From: Heteronotia binoei
Lineage: Eukaryota
Direction: 5' to 3'
DNA: 64,000 nt
Assembly: GCF_032191835.1 (NCBI RefSeq)
Contig: NC_083228.1
Span: 82,708,001-82,772,000 of the forward strand
The notes beneath the pieces are model-generated. The model saw nothing but the letters and a program-made list of their open reading frames with translations. It was not told where the DNA came from and searched no databases. The position numbers and the translations under genes were made by a program. Every line of letters starts with the position of its first letter. Position 1 is the stretch's first letter. This document shows positions 1 through 24,843 of this stretch, piece after piece.

Positions 1-249
1 GTGAACTTATTGTCCATTAAATTATATATGAGGCATGTTTTCTGCACCTCAAATAACCACCCCTTTTTTTCAGAACTCTGTCATAGCCTTTTGAATCTTT
101 AATGTACCACAAAAGCCTTCTAGAAAGAAGGAAAATACCATTATAGCAACAAAATTCTTTGATAGTCTCTAGTTCTTACACAAAGCATTTGAAATTGTCA
201 AAGATAACTGAGACTAGTGAAAAGTTCCATAGCAAAGTGACCCACTCAC

Positions 250-13222
<12,973 letters not shown>

Positions 13223-14795
13223 CCTGACACAAAATAACATTCACAAGGCAGTTAGGACTATCTGATTACTTACTTGAAGCCATCAGTCTCACCATTTTTC
13301 TTGCCATACCTGTTTTTTTAATGGCAGGTACAAGGAAAGAATACACATCTTTTGTACAATTGAACCTGCTGTGTGGACTAAACCTCCCTTCTAAAGTAAA
13401 ACACAAGCATCCTTGGTCAGTGCAACCTTTATTGTCACCTCAAGTTGTATCCCCCGTATTAAAATCTGGAAAATAAAAAATATTTTCATTGTTTTTTCTA
13501 TTATTTGTAGTCTTTCACCTCTTCCGTGACAACTAATCGCAGTTTTAATTTTCTTTTCCCCACTATATGTCCTTACTAATAGGCAGCAATACTGACCTCA
13601 CCTGTCACATGGATAGCAGCATCTGTTGTTTTGTTTTCTTACTTTCCTTGTTCCCCTTTTTATGCAAGGGTGAGTGGGATGGATATGTAGGTGGTTACAG
13701 AGCAGCAAAAAACCCCATCTTATCCAATAACTAATATAATTCCAGTGATGAAGCTCTGATGAATTTAGGAAGCTGAAACTGTATCCAATTAAGCCTATTT
13801 GGCTGCTTTGTGATCTGAGAGCTTCACTCCACCTTGTTCCACCTGCTTTCCCTGTATATTACTTTAGATGACTCGAAGATAGAAACTTTACACTGTATCT
13901 GGGTAGCAGAGTTTTATTTTTAAATGCTCCAATGGAGTTCTACGCCCTCAACTCAAAAGGCTCAATTTAGTATAATTTAGGAAAATGGTATGTCTAAAGC
14001 GGTACCCTACCCATAATGGACCAGACAGACATTAAGAAATACCCCCATGTTTGTTACTACATGTATCATTGCAGTTAATTTAAAAAATATTAACCCCCTG
14101 GGAAGACCTTAATGCCAGATCCAGGGCAGGCAGGGCCATGTCAGTATGGGATGTTGCTATGGCAGAGAAACAGCATCTGTTCCATAGCACTGTCTGTTTT
14201 ACCAGCACATGGTAAGAGTACAAAGAAATGATGTTGCTCACCAATTCTCATCTAACCCTCTTTTTCTGTATGTCTGCTAAGTGGATTCCTCTTCACCCCT
14301 CTTTCTTATAACCCAACTAGATGAAACCGTTCTCATTTGTTGTCACCAATGAGGCAGATAGCACCCGTGTGTGTACTTTATAATGGCAGAAATGGCAGTG
14401 GGGAACATCTCTTCCAAAAGTAGTACTTCCCTAATCTGATCCCAATTTTGTCAAGATTACTTTGAACTGTTTCAATTTCCCTCCCTTCATCAATCTTTCA
14501 ATACCTCATCAACAATCCTGTGTTCTTTCTTTTGCATACTGAGAGCAGTCACAGCACCTTTTGTAATGTTCTACATGTTTCTAATACATTAGCTATGATG
14601 TACAGCACAACTTGAGCCCTGCTTGCTACAACAGACAAAAGAGAAGGGTGAGTAAATAGATCATTCCAGCATTGGGGATGAGGACCAATGCTACATTTAG
14701 CAGTCTTAGCTCTTAAATCTGAAGAATCTGTAGGCCTTCTCTTATGGATCGCAGCTGAGCACTGAAACTGAGGTTTTGGCATCTTCCAGGTATAT

Positions 14796-14904
14796 CAGGG
14801 GTGGCCAACGGTAGCTCTCCAGATGTTTTTTGCCTACAATTCCCATCAGCTGATGGGAGTTGTAGGCAAAAAAACATCTGGAGAGCTACCGTTGGCCACC
14901 CCTG
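14796..14904. mobile_element. 109-bp palindromic hAT MITE
   Basis: Near-perfect foldback caggggtggccaacggtagctctccagatg...catctggagagctaccgttggccacccctg; 8-bp TSD aggtatat / agctatat. Confidence 0.85.
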
Positions 14905-15262
14905 AGCTATATCATGCATTTGCTAGCCACTGGTGCTGTTCAGTCTGTTTACTATTAAGGTTAATGTTGATGAATATATGTTGATAAGATGGCTGCAGGT
15001 TCTGGCAGGCAGATAACTACTTCTGAGCTACTCTATTCACATTTGGCTAGGAAAAAAACCCTCATGATCCCAAAAGGTGATAAACAATTGCTTTGCCACT
15101 ACATCAGGACCTTAATTATTAAAGAGGCACTTCAGCAAATCCAAATCCCAAGGGTTTCAGTTATTCGTATCATTACCAGATATGTTAAACAGTTATAGCG
15201 TACTGCAGCAAAACAACAAATAGCCTATGGCACTTTAAAGACTAACTGGCCTATTACTGACT

Positions 15263-15815
15263 ACAATAATACAACCCAAAGGTTATAGTGACAAATAACT
15301 AATGATTTACATAAACAATAAGACAATAAAGAGACACAGGTCCCTAACAAAGTCCCAACGAAAAATGATTCACGTGCTCAAAAGATCCAAGCTGAAGACG
15401 TCTTCTCCACAATATAAACGTTTCCTTCAATGAATAGGGTTCCTTCAATAAATGCAACATGAAAATATCTTGGAATTCCCTGGACTTCTGCCCCACCTGT
15501 TTCCAATTCTTTATCAACAGGGAATATTCCATAAACATTGAAAATAATCAATAGTGAAACTTTTAAACATTCATAGGGACCAATGGTCTCCAATGGAATC
15601 CTTCACTTGCGGCTAATGCTCAAAAGCATTTATCGAAGGAACCCTTTTCATTGAAGGAAACGTTTATATTGTGAAGACGTCCTTAGCTTGGATCTTTTGA
15701 GCACATGAATCATTATTTGTTGAGACTTTGTTAGGGACCTATGACCCTTTATTGTCTTATTGTTTATACAAATCATTAGTTAGTTGTCACTATAACCGCT
15801 GGGTTATGTTATTGT
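15263..15815. repeat. Long inverted repeat (arms ~15263-15455 and 15626-15815, 170-bp spacer)
   Basis: The right arm is the reverse complement of the left arm with scattered mismatches (e.g. gctcaaaagatccaagct / agcttggatcttttgagc). Confidence 0.85.
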
Positions 15816-15999
15816 TTATTCTCAGTGACTTCTCTCGTTTGCACATTCTCTATTATTGACTACAACAGATTTTTACACCCAATATTGCCACAGTAAACCA
15901 CTTAATTTTATGGTGCAATTAACCTGTTTGTTGTTTTTAATGAGGACACAGGATCACAGACTGGCACACTGCTCCTAATCATTTCTGTCAGCATAGCTG

Positions 16000-17934
16000 C
16001 CTATACTGCTGATACATCCCACCTAATAACACTGAGCAATACACGTCTGTACTCCCGAAGCTTTTTTTTTTCGGGGGTGGGGGGGAGAGAAACAACATGG
16101 ACTAGTTATCTATGTTATTTGGCCTTGAAGCAAGATGCAAAGTTAACGACCAAAAATATGACTTGGCTTTTTTTAAAAAGTTGTATATATGGAAGGTAAA
16201 ACGTATGAACAAAACTAGGAGGCAACGAATATTAAAAAAGCAACTTCAGTAGGTTATTGGCCTGTTAATGGAAGCACATTTATCACACATTCACTACAGC
16301 ATCAAATGAGGATGTACACACATGAATGAACTATTCATCACTGTGCACGAATGAACTTTCACATCATCCAATGTCAACTCAAACACATTGTTTAATAGAG
16401 ACAGTTCATATCCAGCTGAGAACCATCAAGTACTATACATACATCTGTGAACCATGGTTCCATAAATCTCCACTCTGACAATATTGTACATCTTTCTGTA
16501 CATCAGAAACATTTACCCATAAAAACTATTTATGGAGGATATGCATATTGCTGAATTTCTCAGATCTTTTTTGTTTGAGGTAAGATTATACAAATGGAAC
16601 ATATGCATGTGCGTTTCTGCTCATGTCACCCACCAAATCATGTAACAGGGGCACATACCACCATGCATATAGTATGTTTGTATTTCAACCTGCCTTATCA
16701 AAAAAAAAGAGCCAGAAGGCAAGAAAACAGGACTTATGCTTAGTGCTGAACTGGAAACAAAAATGTATACAACATACTACTACAATCTCTTTCTAGGCTT
16801 TAAAAACAACTTCCTGGTTCAATGAATATTACAATTGTATTACCACTACATTTGGAATTCATAGTCTTTATGCACTCCCATTCTGTGTTATGTTCCATTT
16901 CTTATACATATGAAAGTCTCATGTATCTGATTACAAATTCTACTTCATCACAATCCTTCTCACCATCAATGATATTTAATTGCTAAGAATGCAGAAGATA
17001 GATAGTTGTTATCACATTTATATCTAAAGCCATTGTGTACATTTCCTGATCTTTCTTTTCTTTCCAACAAACCAATTTTCTCAGAACTTCACAAGTCTCT
17101 TTTGAACTAGGTATCTGCAAAGGCAGGCCAAGCAATCAATTTATCTCCTTCAGTAAACATGTAGTCTTCAAAGGTGCCAAACCTTTTCAAATCTCACAGA
17201 ATTGTAAACTGCAGATACTCAGTTTCTTAAAATCACTTATGGATTGAGGGCTTTTTGCAAGAAACTAGAGCACTTCTGAATTACAGAACCAATTACAATT
17301 TCACAATGGGGGTGTATGCTCTATTGGAACACCTAAAGAGCCAACAGACTACTAAGAGCCTCAGAAAGATCCTGCATTAAGATAACAGTCTCCTTTTAGT
17401 AACCATCTGATTGGTGACCATTTTTTTTCCTGAACTGATCACAGTCTTCCAGTCTTGGAGACACTGAGGATGGAATGGACAACATGCCTACTGTCTTGCA
17501 CTTCCTCTTTTAGCAGACTTCTGTACTACACCTGGGTAAAAAAGGTTTTTTAGAATCAGGGCTGCAAGTGATTGTGAATGCCCCATCTTTCCAGATAGCT
17601 TGATCCTGTAGTTAAATTAACCTCATGTAAATTAGCATTAATGTGCATTTCCAAACTAATTCTGTCTTCCTCTGCTATGCTACAGCCTTTTAATATCTAG
17701 CACTTTTAAGCTGTGAAGATACTGATACAGGCCAAAACAAATCACATTTTAACCTTCTCAGTAAGCTAAAAGCCATGTTCTACTGGTGTCATAGCTTTGG
17801 TGCTGTTGCTGTACATTTATGGAGCCCAACATAATATCTACATCAACTTCCAATTGATCAGGCTATTTTAAGACCTCTCCAAACTCTTTTCAACTTCAAC
17901 AGAAGCAACCTCCACTAGCAATTCACATGTGAAT
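16000..17934 (-). pseudogene. Probable decayed remainder of the transposase (approximate bounds)
   Basis: AT-rich stretch directly 3' of the 291-aa ORF with no ORF >=60 aa in the track; faint HTPHCEIVIGSV reminiscent of the hATm CRHH..EIV motif. Confidence 0.3.
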
Positions 17935-18810
17935 TTAGCAATTTTCATATTTGTCAAAAGTCTCATAGAACCCTGGTCTGACTTTTCTGATGCTCATACG
18001 TATATGCTGACATTCATGAGGAACTGTCTCGCCATAGCTAGTTGAAGTTGGAGTCCCCGTAATCCAGCCAGAAGATAGACGCTTCCTTTTTGCCTTATGT
18101 GAAAAGTCTGCAACTCCCTTGCTGTGTTCAAGACAAGAGTCATCTTTATTCCTATCACTGACTTCTTCATCTGGCTGTTCATCTGTATTGGAATCCATTC
18201 CTTTACGCTTACAAGTTTCTTTCTCTTCTTCTGCAATCTTCCTGAAATGTTCCAGTGACTGCACTTTTCTTCGTCTTTCTAATGTTTCCATCTGCTTCTT
18301 ATCCATGAAGTCCTCAAAGTACATTTTTCTTTCACTTCTTTGATCTTCAAGAAATTTCCACTCAGTGTCTGTCATCTTCACACCACTGTATTGTTCCAGT
18401 TTCTCTCTTGTAACTGTATCTGTACAAAATATATCAAAAAGCTGTTCTGAGCTCCTGTTGAAGTCATCCGCTTTCTGTGTAAACAGCTCATTTTTTCTTC
18501 GCTTTCTGGACTGATACAACTTGGAGAATTCCTCATATACCTTAAGTATATGATTTTTAATGTTATGTGTTGCTATGGTGTACAAATTGCAAAATAACCA
18601 GTGTTCCTGCAGAAGTTCAGCAAGCAATTGGGCAGCATCTTCTTTGGATCTCTGGGCCTGCCCAGCTCTTTTTGGGTGCAACAGATATAACATATTTTGG
18701 ATGACATCCTTCTTTGTAGGCAGAATTCCTTGTGCAAATTCCGATGACTCCACATAATCAACAGTTCCCAGAGTTTTCTTTGCTTTTGCTTTAGTATCCA
18801 AAGCTGCCAT
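17935..18810 (-). CDS. 291-aa ORF resembling the N-terminal region of hATm-like (Cc8K15.2-like) transposases; possible domesticated gene
   Basis: Uninterrupted ORF with good Kozak (acaATGG); pattern LPTKKDVIQ...W..C...T...I...I.K.Y.EF..L...F......LFDI...KFLEDQR.ERKM; strong acceptor 32 nt upstream of the ATG. Family assignment is from recalled motif similarity only. Confidence 0.6.
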   Translation of the reverse strand: MAALDTKAKAKKTLGTVDYVESSEFAQGILPTKKDVIQNMLYLLHPKRAGQAQRSKEDAAQLLAELLQEHWLFCNLYTIATHNIKNHILKVYEEFSKLYQSRKRRKNELFTQKADDFNRSSEQLFDIFCTDTVTREKLEQYSGVKMTDTEWKFLEDQRSERKMYFEDFMDKKQMETLERRRKVQSLEHFRKIAEEEKETCKRKGMDSNTDEQPDEEVSDRNKDDSCLEHSKGVADFSHKAKRKRLSSGWITGTPTSTSYGETVPHECQHIRMSIRKVRPGFYETFDKYENC

Positions 18811-19989
18811 TGTTTCTTTCCAGATTCACTTTACTTCAAAAGCTACAATAAAAGAGAAAAAGATATTAGGCATTTGAATCAGAATATTCATAGCAACAAA
18901 AATATAAAAATTGTATTTTTAAGCTACTCACCATCTAAGCCTGATATCAAAAGAATTAAAGCTGAAACACCAAGAAGAACTTAACATCTATAACCAAATA
19001 TTTTCTATACAATTTTTCTGAACACCAACCTCTGGGATGAAGGAGCCTTATAAAAACTAATAAAATCATTTGCAAAACAATATTGTCCTAAAGAGCAGCA
19101 CTATAGCATCTCAACAGATATTTAATCCATGTTACCTGTAACCTACATTTCCTCCAGTCTTTCGGTTGGTATAGAAATAATTTGTTCTAGCAGAACATGA
19201 ATCTAAGAAACAGTTCACGGGCAACACACTAGTTATATTTTATTCACTGCAGAAAGTCATTCCATGTTTCTTTCCTCCCTCATAAGTTTTATTAATTTTT
19301 ATATTACATGTATAATATGGTTTCAGTATGAACTCTAGATTCTAGCAATGGTGCAGGGTTTGTCTATACTACAAGTGCAGTTATCTTACTGTCTGAATCA
19401 TACACATTTTCAAACCACACACTAATGAGCAGTTGAATGTCTGTATTCTGCCTGCTAAAAATGAATAGTATAGTGACAAGGCTGTATTCAAAGAATATGC
19501 TGCAGCACTTCCTAGTTGTCTGAAGATCTGTTAATCTTTCCCTCCCAGAAATATTAGCAACTGTTTTGAAGTGCCCCACTTATATCTTTCTACAAGCCAC
19601 TACATTTCAGTTATCTGTACTGAAATATCAAACACTTTCTCAATATGAACATGTTCATGCATAATGCTATCAACAAGATTCAGTCCCATTATATTTTAAT
19701 TTCCTGAGCATACTTTGAAAGAATGTTCTAAAATACTTAAGGGGGCAGAAGGAGAAAACCTTACACTGACTGCAGAGTGGAAGTATCCAAGAGGTAGCAT
19801 CAGACAGCATACACGGAATGTTTACAAATTTGTGTGTTCACTTAGCTTTTAAAATGTGATGAGATGCTGAATCAACAAATTTAGTTGTAGAGACTTCAAG
19901 AACGTTCATAAATTCTGAAATCCCGTCTTTCTTTTAAATGCATCTGAATACACCAGCGGACCAACCATAATGGAGAACGCTTTCCTTCC

Positions 19990-21450
19990 TAGCATCTAGC
20001 AAAATTGGTTTACGGAGGCCAATCAGAGGAAGTAAAATATGATCATAAAAGGGAGGGGGGGCTGTTAGCTAAGAAAACGCTGCGCTTTAAAAACGCGTAG
20101 GAGAACCACGGAGGGATCTAAAATCCTTGGTCTGACAGAAAAATCTATATAAATGCACGCATATTATTGCCTGCCAGTATGTCATGGGCAAAATGGGCAT
20201 AGCGATCCAGCCTTCACACACCCCAGCCTTACTCTCACCTTAGAAAATAACGCCAGAAAACAACCTCAGCTAGCGAAAACAACACAGGTCCGTGAAGGTG
20301 GACTGGGGTGGGTGGGGCGCCGTCCTCCCTCCCCACCCTACAGACTAGGCCGCCAGAGACCCAGGCTCCAAACGTTCCTCGAAAGCCGGCCAGAATCTAT
20401 ACCCGTCGCCTGACCAGCTCTTATCGTGCCTGCCCTTCGCCCCTAAGACCTGCCTTAGGGCCTCGAAACTAACCGAATCAAGGACGCCAGTCGCCTGCCG
20501 CCCGTCCACCACCATCTTAGAGTCAAGGATCGCTACGCAGTGGGAAAAGGGAAATAGTACCCCTCTCCGCCATCTTGAAAAAGGGCAACGCTCACATACC
20601 TCGCAGTAGCTCTTCTATCCTAGCGTCTCTATGACCTAATGCGCAAGCCTCAATCACAAGGTACTTTCAAAAATTAATGCAAATGTTGGCAACTTGTCTT
20701 TTATCCTCACTTTATATCTGAGGCGAAAGAACGGCCAGAGGGATTGCTTGCACAGAGACGAAAAATAAGGACACAACCGGGAGATAAGAACGACCAATCG
20801 CTGTCAGGTAACCTTTACCGGTGGACGAAAACCTTAGAATACAGGAAGGGGACCTGATTCCGCAGGGTCTGCGTCTATCACATTCCTTTGGCGGAACCGA
20901 TTGGCTTTTAGCTCAGAGCTGATTGGTCGTTGAGCCACAACGGTCATAATGAGACGTTATGAATCTCTGGGGCGGAAATGAACGCTTCCAAATATCAAAC
21001 GGGATAAACAGTTCTTTCCGGGCACCACCAGTGCTCTGTTTTACTAACGAGACTGGCAATACGGGAGAAAAAACGCATGGCGCCAGGTCTAAGAGCCGTG
21101 GTTTACTATGCCGCCGTGCTAATCCCTTTTATTTCGCGTTGTAGGAATATGATTGGTCTGATGTGTGAGAAAAAAGTGTCATAGCAGCCAATAGCTAGCG
21201 GGTGAGTTGTAGGGTGCGGATTGGTTTTTTTGTTTGAGGGATTGTGCCTTGGAAGCCAATGACTGTGCTCTGAGGTCCACATAAGGATGGCCTTGGGGGC
21301 TCTGATGCTGCTTTTAGTGTCTGTGAGTTTTGTTTCCAGCGAGTGCTGGGACTGGCGGCTGCGGAGACTTGCTGGGCGGGCACGAAGATGATTGGCATTC
21401 TCTGTTGTTTGTCTGTAGGCTCCGCTCCTTCGACAACCGGCTCCCTGGTG
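19990..21450. promoter_or_regulatory. CpG-island, probably bidirectional promoter
   Basis: CpG-rich relative to flanks; CCAAT/ATTGG boxes at 20019, 20794, 20900, 20922, 21152, 21188, 21220; YY1 motif CCGCCATCTT 20567-20576; ETS-like GGCGGAAATG ~20970; donors on both strands (plus CGG|gtgagt 21201; minus GAG|gtatgt 20600 and AAG|gtgaga 20239). Confidence 0.8.
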
Positions 21451-22194
21451 GAGATGGAGGTTTTGTTTGGCTGTTGCGGCTAATAAACCATTCAGAGCTT
21501 CCTCCATTTTGCTTTCCACAGATCCAGTTTCAATTTCCCTGGTTAACATTTTGCTTTGCAAAGATTTAGTGTCAAAATGTATAAATAAAAAGAAGTTGCC
21601 GTTTCATTTGCATCCCCAGTATGTTCTCTCCCGTCCAAAGTGAGAATAGCTCCCACAGAAGTGTACCGTGTGCTTGGGGGAAATGTCAATAGACAGCTTT
21701 CTCTGCACAGCGCTCAGCTATACTCTGGCCAAGGACTTGCCCACTTCATCATCTGAAGGTACTGATGATTGTATTTCTATGATTTGATCAACAGTAGGCC
21801 ATGGTACTACATGCTCAGTGGCTGGATCCACATCAGGAGCTGTCTATTTGTTGAAGAGAGGGAGAAGGGGACACCAAGGGACCTTTGCATAAATAACACA
21901 GAAAATGTGTATTTGTGTGGAGGGGGGAATGAGAATACCAGAAGGAATGGATGAAGCAAAGCAGGAAGCAAACAAAAGCATAAAGTCCTGCTTTGTGTTC
22001 TGTTGCCAAATGCACAAAAATAGTTTGTATATTATATGGAAGAACTCAAGCTTGCTCATTGCACCATTAATTTTAATGTTTTATTTTTGTAAGGCAGCCT
22101 AGCAGTTAAGAGGCCTTTGGCCCCTGACAGCAGCAGTTCATAGGGTGTCTAGCAGTGTTTCCTCTATTTCCCATCCCCCTCCCCCCCCCCAGAC

Positions 22195-22560
22195 TAAGGC
22201 TGGATTAACAAATAGGCCAGGTAGGCACCGGCCTATGGGCCTCCACACCTTTAGGGGCCCCGGGCCAACTCCCTCCCACCCATTTCCCCACCTGCTTGCA
22301 GCCCTCCCAGCCTGGACACGCAGCCAGCAATTGAGCTGCTCTTTGCCCGACTTGCCTGGTGTGGCTGCTGCTGGGGTTGTTGCCAATTTGCCTCTCTCTG
22401 CCTCTTCCCCACAGTTTAGTAAAAGGGGCTTTTGAGAAGGTGGCTGCAGGCTACAACGGGGCGTAGGCCAGGGACCAGGCGCTCCGACCCTGAGATAATT
22501 TGCGAGCCCCCCCAAGATTTTGACTGCCTGGGGGCCTCCACAGGGTTTAATCCAGCCCTG
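22195..22560. mobile_element. hAT-type MITE
   Basis: TIRs taaggctggattaa / ttaatccagccctg; 8-bp TSD ccccagac / ccccggac. Confidence 0.75.
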
Positions 22561-22642
22561 CCCCGGACTGGAGCAGTTCACATCCTGAGCAGAATATAAC
22601 AGCTGCAATCTTAAAATGGGCAATGGGCATTGCAAGTCCCAT

Positions 22643-22905
22643 GAGAGCCAATTTGGTGTAGTGGTTAAGTCTCTTATCTGGAAGAACTGGGTTTGATTCC
22701 CCACTCCTCCACTTGCACCTGCTGGAATGGCCTTGGGTTAGCCATAGCTCTGGCAGAGGTTGTCCTTGAAAGGGCAGCTGCTGTGAGAGTCCTCTCAGCC
22801 CCACCGACTTCACAGGGTGTCTGTTATGGGGAAGGAAGATAAAGGAGGTTGTGAGCTGCTCTGAGATTCGGAGTGGAGGGCAGGATATAAATCCAATATC
22901 TTTTT
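22643..22905 (+). mobile_element. Squam3 (Squam3C-like) SINE
   Basis: gagagccaatttggtgtagtggttaag...cacttgcacctgctggaatggccttggg...gggcaggatataaatccaatatctttt matches the recalled gecko Squam3C structure. Confidence 0.85.
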
Positions 22906-23707
22906 CACAGCTCCAGTGCTGCTGAGTAGGGCTTCCTATGTTCACATACACAGTTTAGCAGGAACACTGGTGTCTAGCATGGTTTTTTTTTTAAGTGTGA
23001 GTTGGGAAGCCAGATAGCTGGCTGGAGCTGCTGCAGGCTCTCTCACCTCTTGTACAGGTGCTGACTCAACTACTCAACTATCTGAACAAAACCTGTATGT
23101 TTTGAGGCTCTGGTATGTAAATTCTAGATTGGTAATCTGATAATACTTTGAGTCAGATTTTAGTCCATGGATTTTGGCTGGCCCCAAATCCAGCTTTACT
23201 TTTATCCCCACAGTTGAATGACAGGGTGACATCAGGCTGAACTAAGATTGCTTCTAAACTCAACACAAAGTCAGGGAAAAGTCAAGCTTTGGGACCAGGA
23301 AGGGCTGACAATAGCATGCCCAGAAGAACAGGCTGTCCAAGTCTTGTTGGTAGCTCAAGCAACTGCTGAGGCAATGTCTCCAGAACTGATGATGGCAAAA
23401 GTGTGTGCAGGTGTGGTGACCACAGCAGGGGACTATGGCAGCCTGTCTTATTGGATTTGCTACAATTGTTGCAGAAATGGCAGGTGGCCATATTGGTAAC
23501 AACTCTGCTGGGGATGGGCAGAAGGTTGCCTCTTGGCTTCTGCCATTTCTTCTTCCCTACTGCTGACTTTCCCTTTCAGGCTGTGGCCAATCATAGAAGC
23601 TGCTATTCTTGCCTCTCACCACTGCTGCCTACTCTCTCAAGTCTGACACAGAGAAGTACCATGTGGCCACGGCAGTCACCCAAATAGAGCAGCTGTTCAC
23701 TGCTGGT

Positions 23708-24002
23708 GAGCCCCATGGTACAGAGTGTTAAAGCTGCAGTACTGCAGTCCTAAGCTCTGCTCACGATCTGAGTTTGATCCCCAGCGGAAGCTGGGTTTTC
23801 AGGTAGCCGGCTTAAAGTTGACTCAGCCTTCCATCTTTCGGAGGTCGATAAATGAATACCCAGCTTTCTGGAGGGAAAGTGTAGATGACTGGGGAAGGCA
23901 ATGGCAAACCACCCAGTAAAAAGTCTGCCGTGAAAACGTGAAAGCGACATCACCCCAGAGTCGGAAACAACTGGTGTTTGCATGGGGGACCTTTCCTTTC
24001 CT
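23708..24002 (+). mobile_element. Sauria SINE (Squam1)
   Basis: tRNA-like head, gttgactcagccttccatc, ggggaaggcaatggcaaaccacc (RTE/BovB-like 3' part), (cttt)n tail. Confidence 0.85.
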
Positions 24003-24745
24003 CACTGCTGGTATGCTAATGTGGTGGGATTGTAGTGGGTTTGTCTAATCTAACATTGGCTGGTCTGAGTAGCAGCTGCTCCCTGATGTGTCATGGAGTA
24101 GCCTTTTGTAGCTCACCCAGTTGGGGTCCCTTAACTAGTAATGCCAGGAATAGACCTCATACTTAAAAGGGTTGTGGGAAGACTGGAGGATGCCCTCTTG
24201 GTAGAAAAGCACAAAATTGTGTGAAGGGTGGATGAAAAAGAGGCAGAAGAGATGTTGGCCTGAGGAAGGAATAAGATGAAGAAGACCAAAAACTTATGTG
24301 AGTCCGAGGGACAGGAGGAACCATACACTGTCTGTGAGCTTTGGAGGCTGGGGAACTGTAGGCAAAAGGGATACGTAACTAGAGGCAGGGACTGAGTAGG
24401 AACTAAATGTCACATTTAGTTCATCCACACTATGGAGGAACTAAATGTCACATTTTGACTGAGTTGGGCTTCAAACCCTCTTGCCTATGCCTGCTGATTA
24501 TGCCACAAAATCGAGTTCTTAGCATGAAGTAATGTGCATACAGCATGAGGGGTAGACACTAGCAGTATGACAAACCTGATTTGAACTAACCAGCTTGGAT
24601 CATGACACAGTATTTCTGATGTCAGTGCAGTAGCCATGCCTTCTCTTTTGTTAACTGGCAAAAGTAATTGAGAGTTAAATTATCTGTACAGTTTATAGGC
24701 ATTTTAACAGTACATTGCTTTTTTTTTTAAAGGAAGTTCACAACT

Positions 24746-24843
24746 ATGGAAGAAATTCAAGCCAAGAAGGTGCTAGTGAACAAAGGAAAGGACATCTGTG
24801 AGGAAACTGGCTGTGCTGGAGAAGGAAAGATGTCACCAAGCAG
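24746..24843 (+). CDS. SCLY: SCLY first coding exon (exon starts 24733)
   Basis: MEEIQAKK...MSPS; acceptor tttttaaag|G at 24732, donor CAG|gttttt; in frame with the next exon. Confidence 0.75.

Noticed and set aside
13223-18810. In-frame transposase-AIRE fusion protein
   Set aside because: The AIRE acceptor needs a phase-2 donor. The plausible donors I found in the ORF are phase 0 or 1 (AAG|gtatat ~18540, AC|gtatga ~18000), and the leader exon 13310-13465 has in-frame stops.
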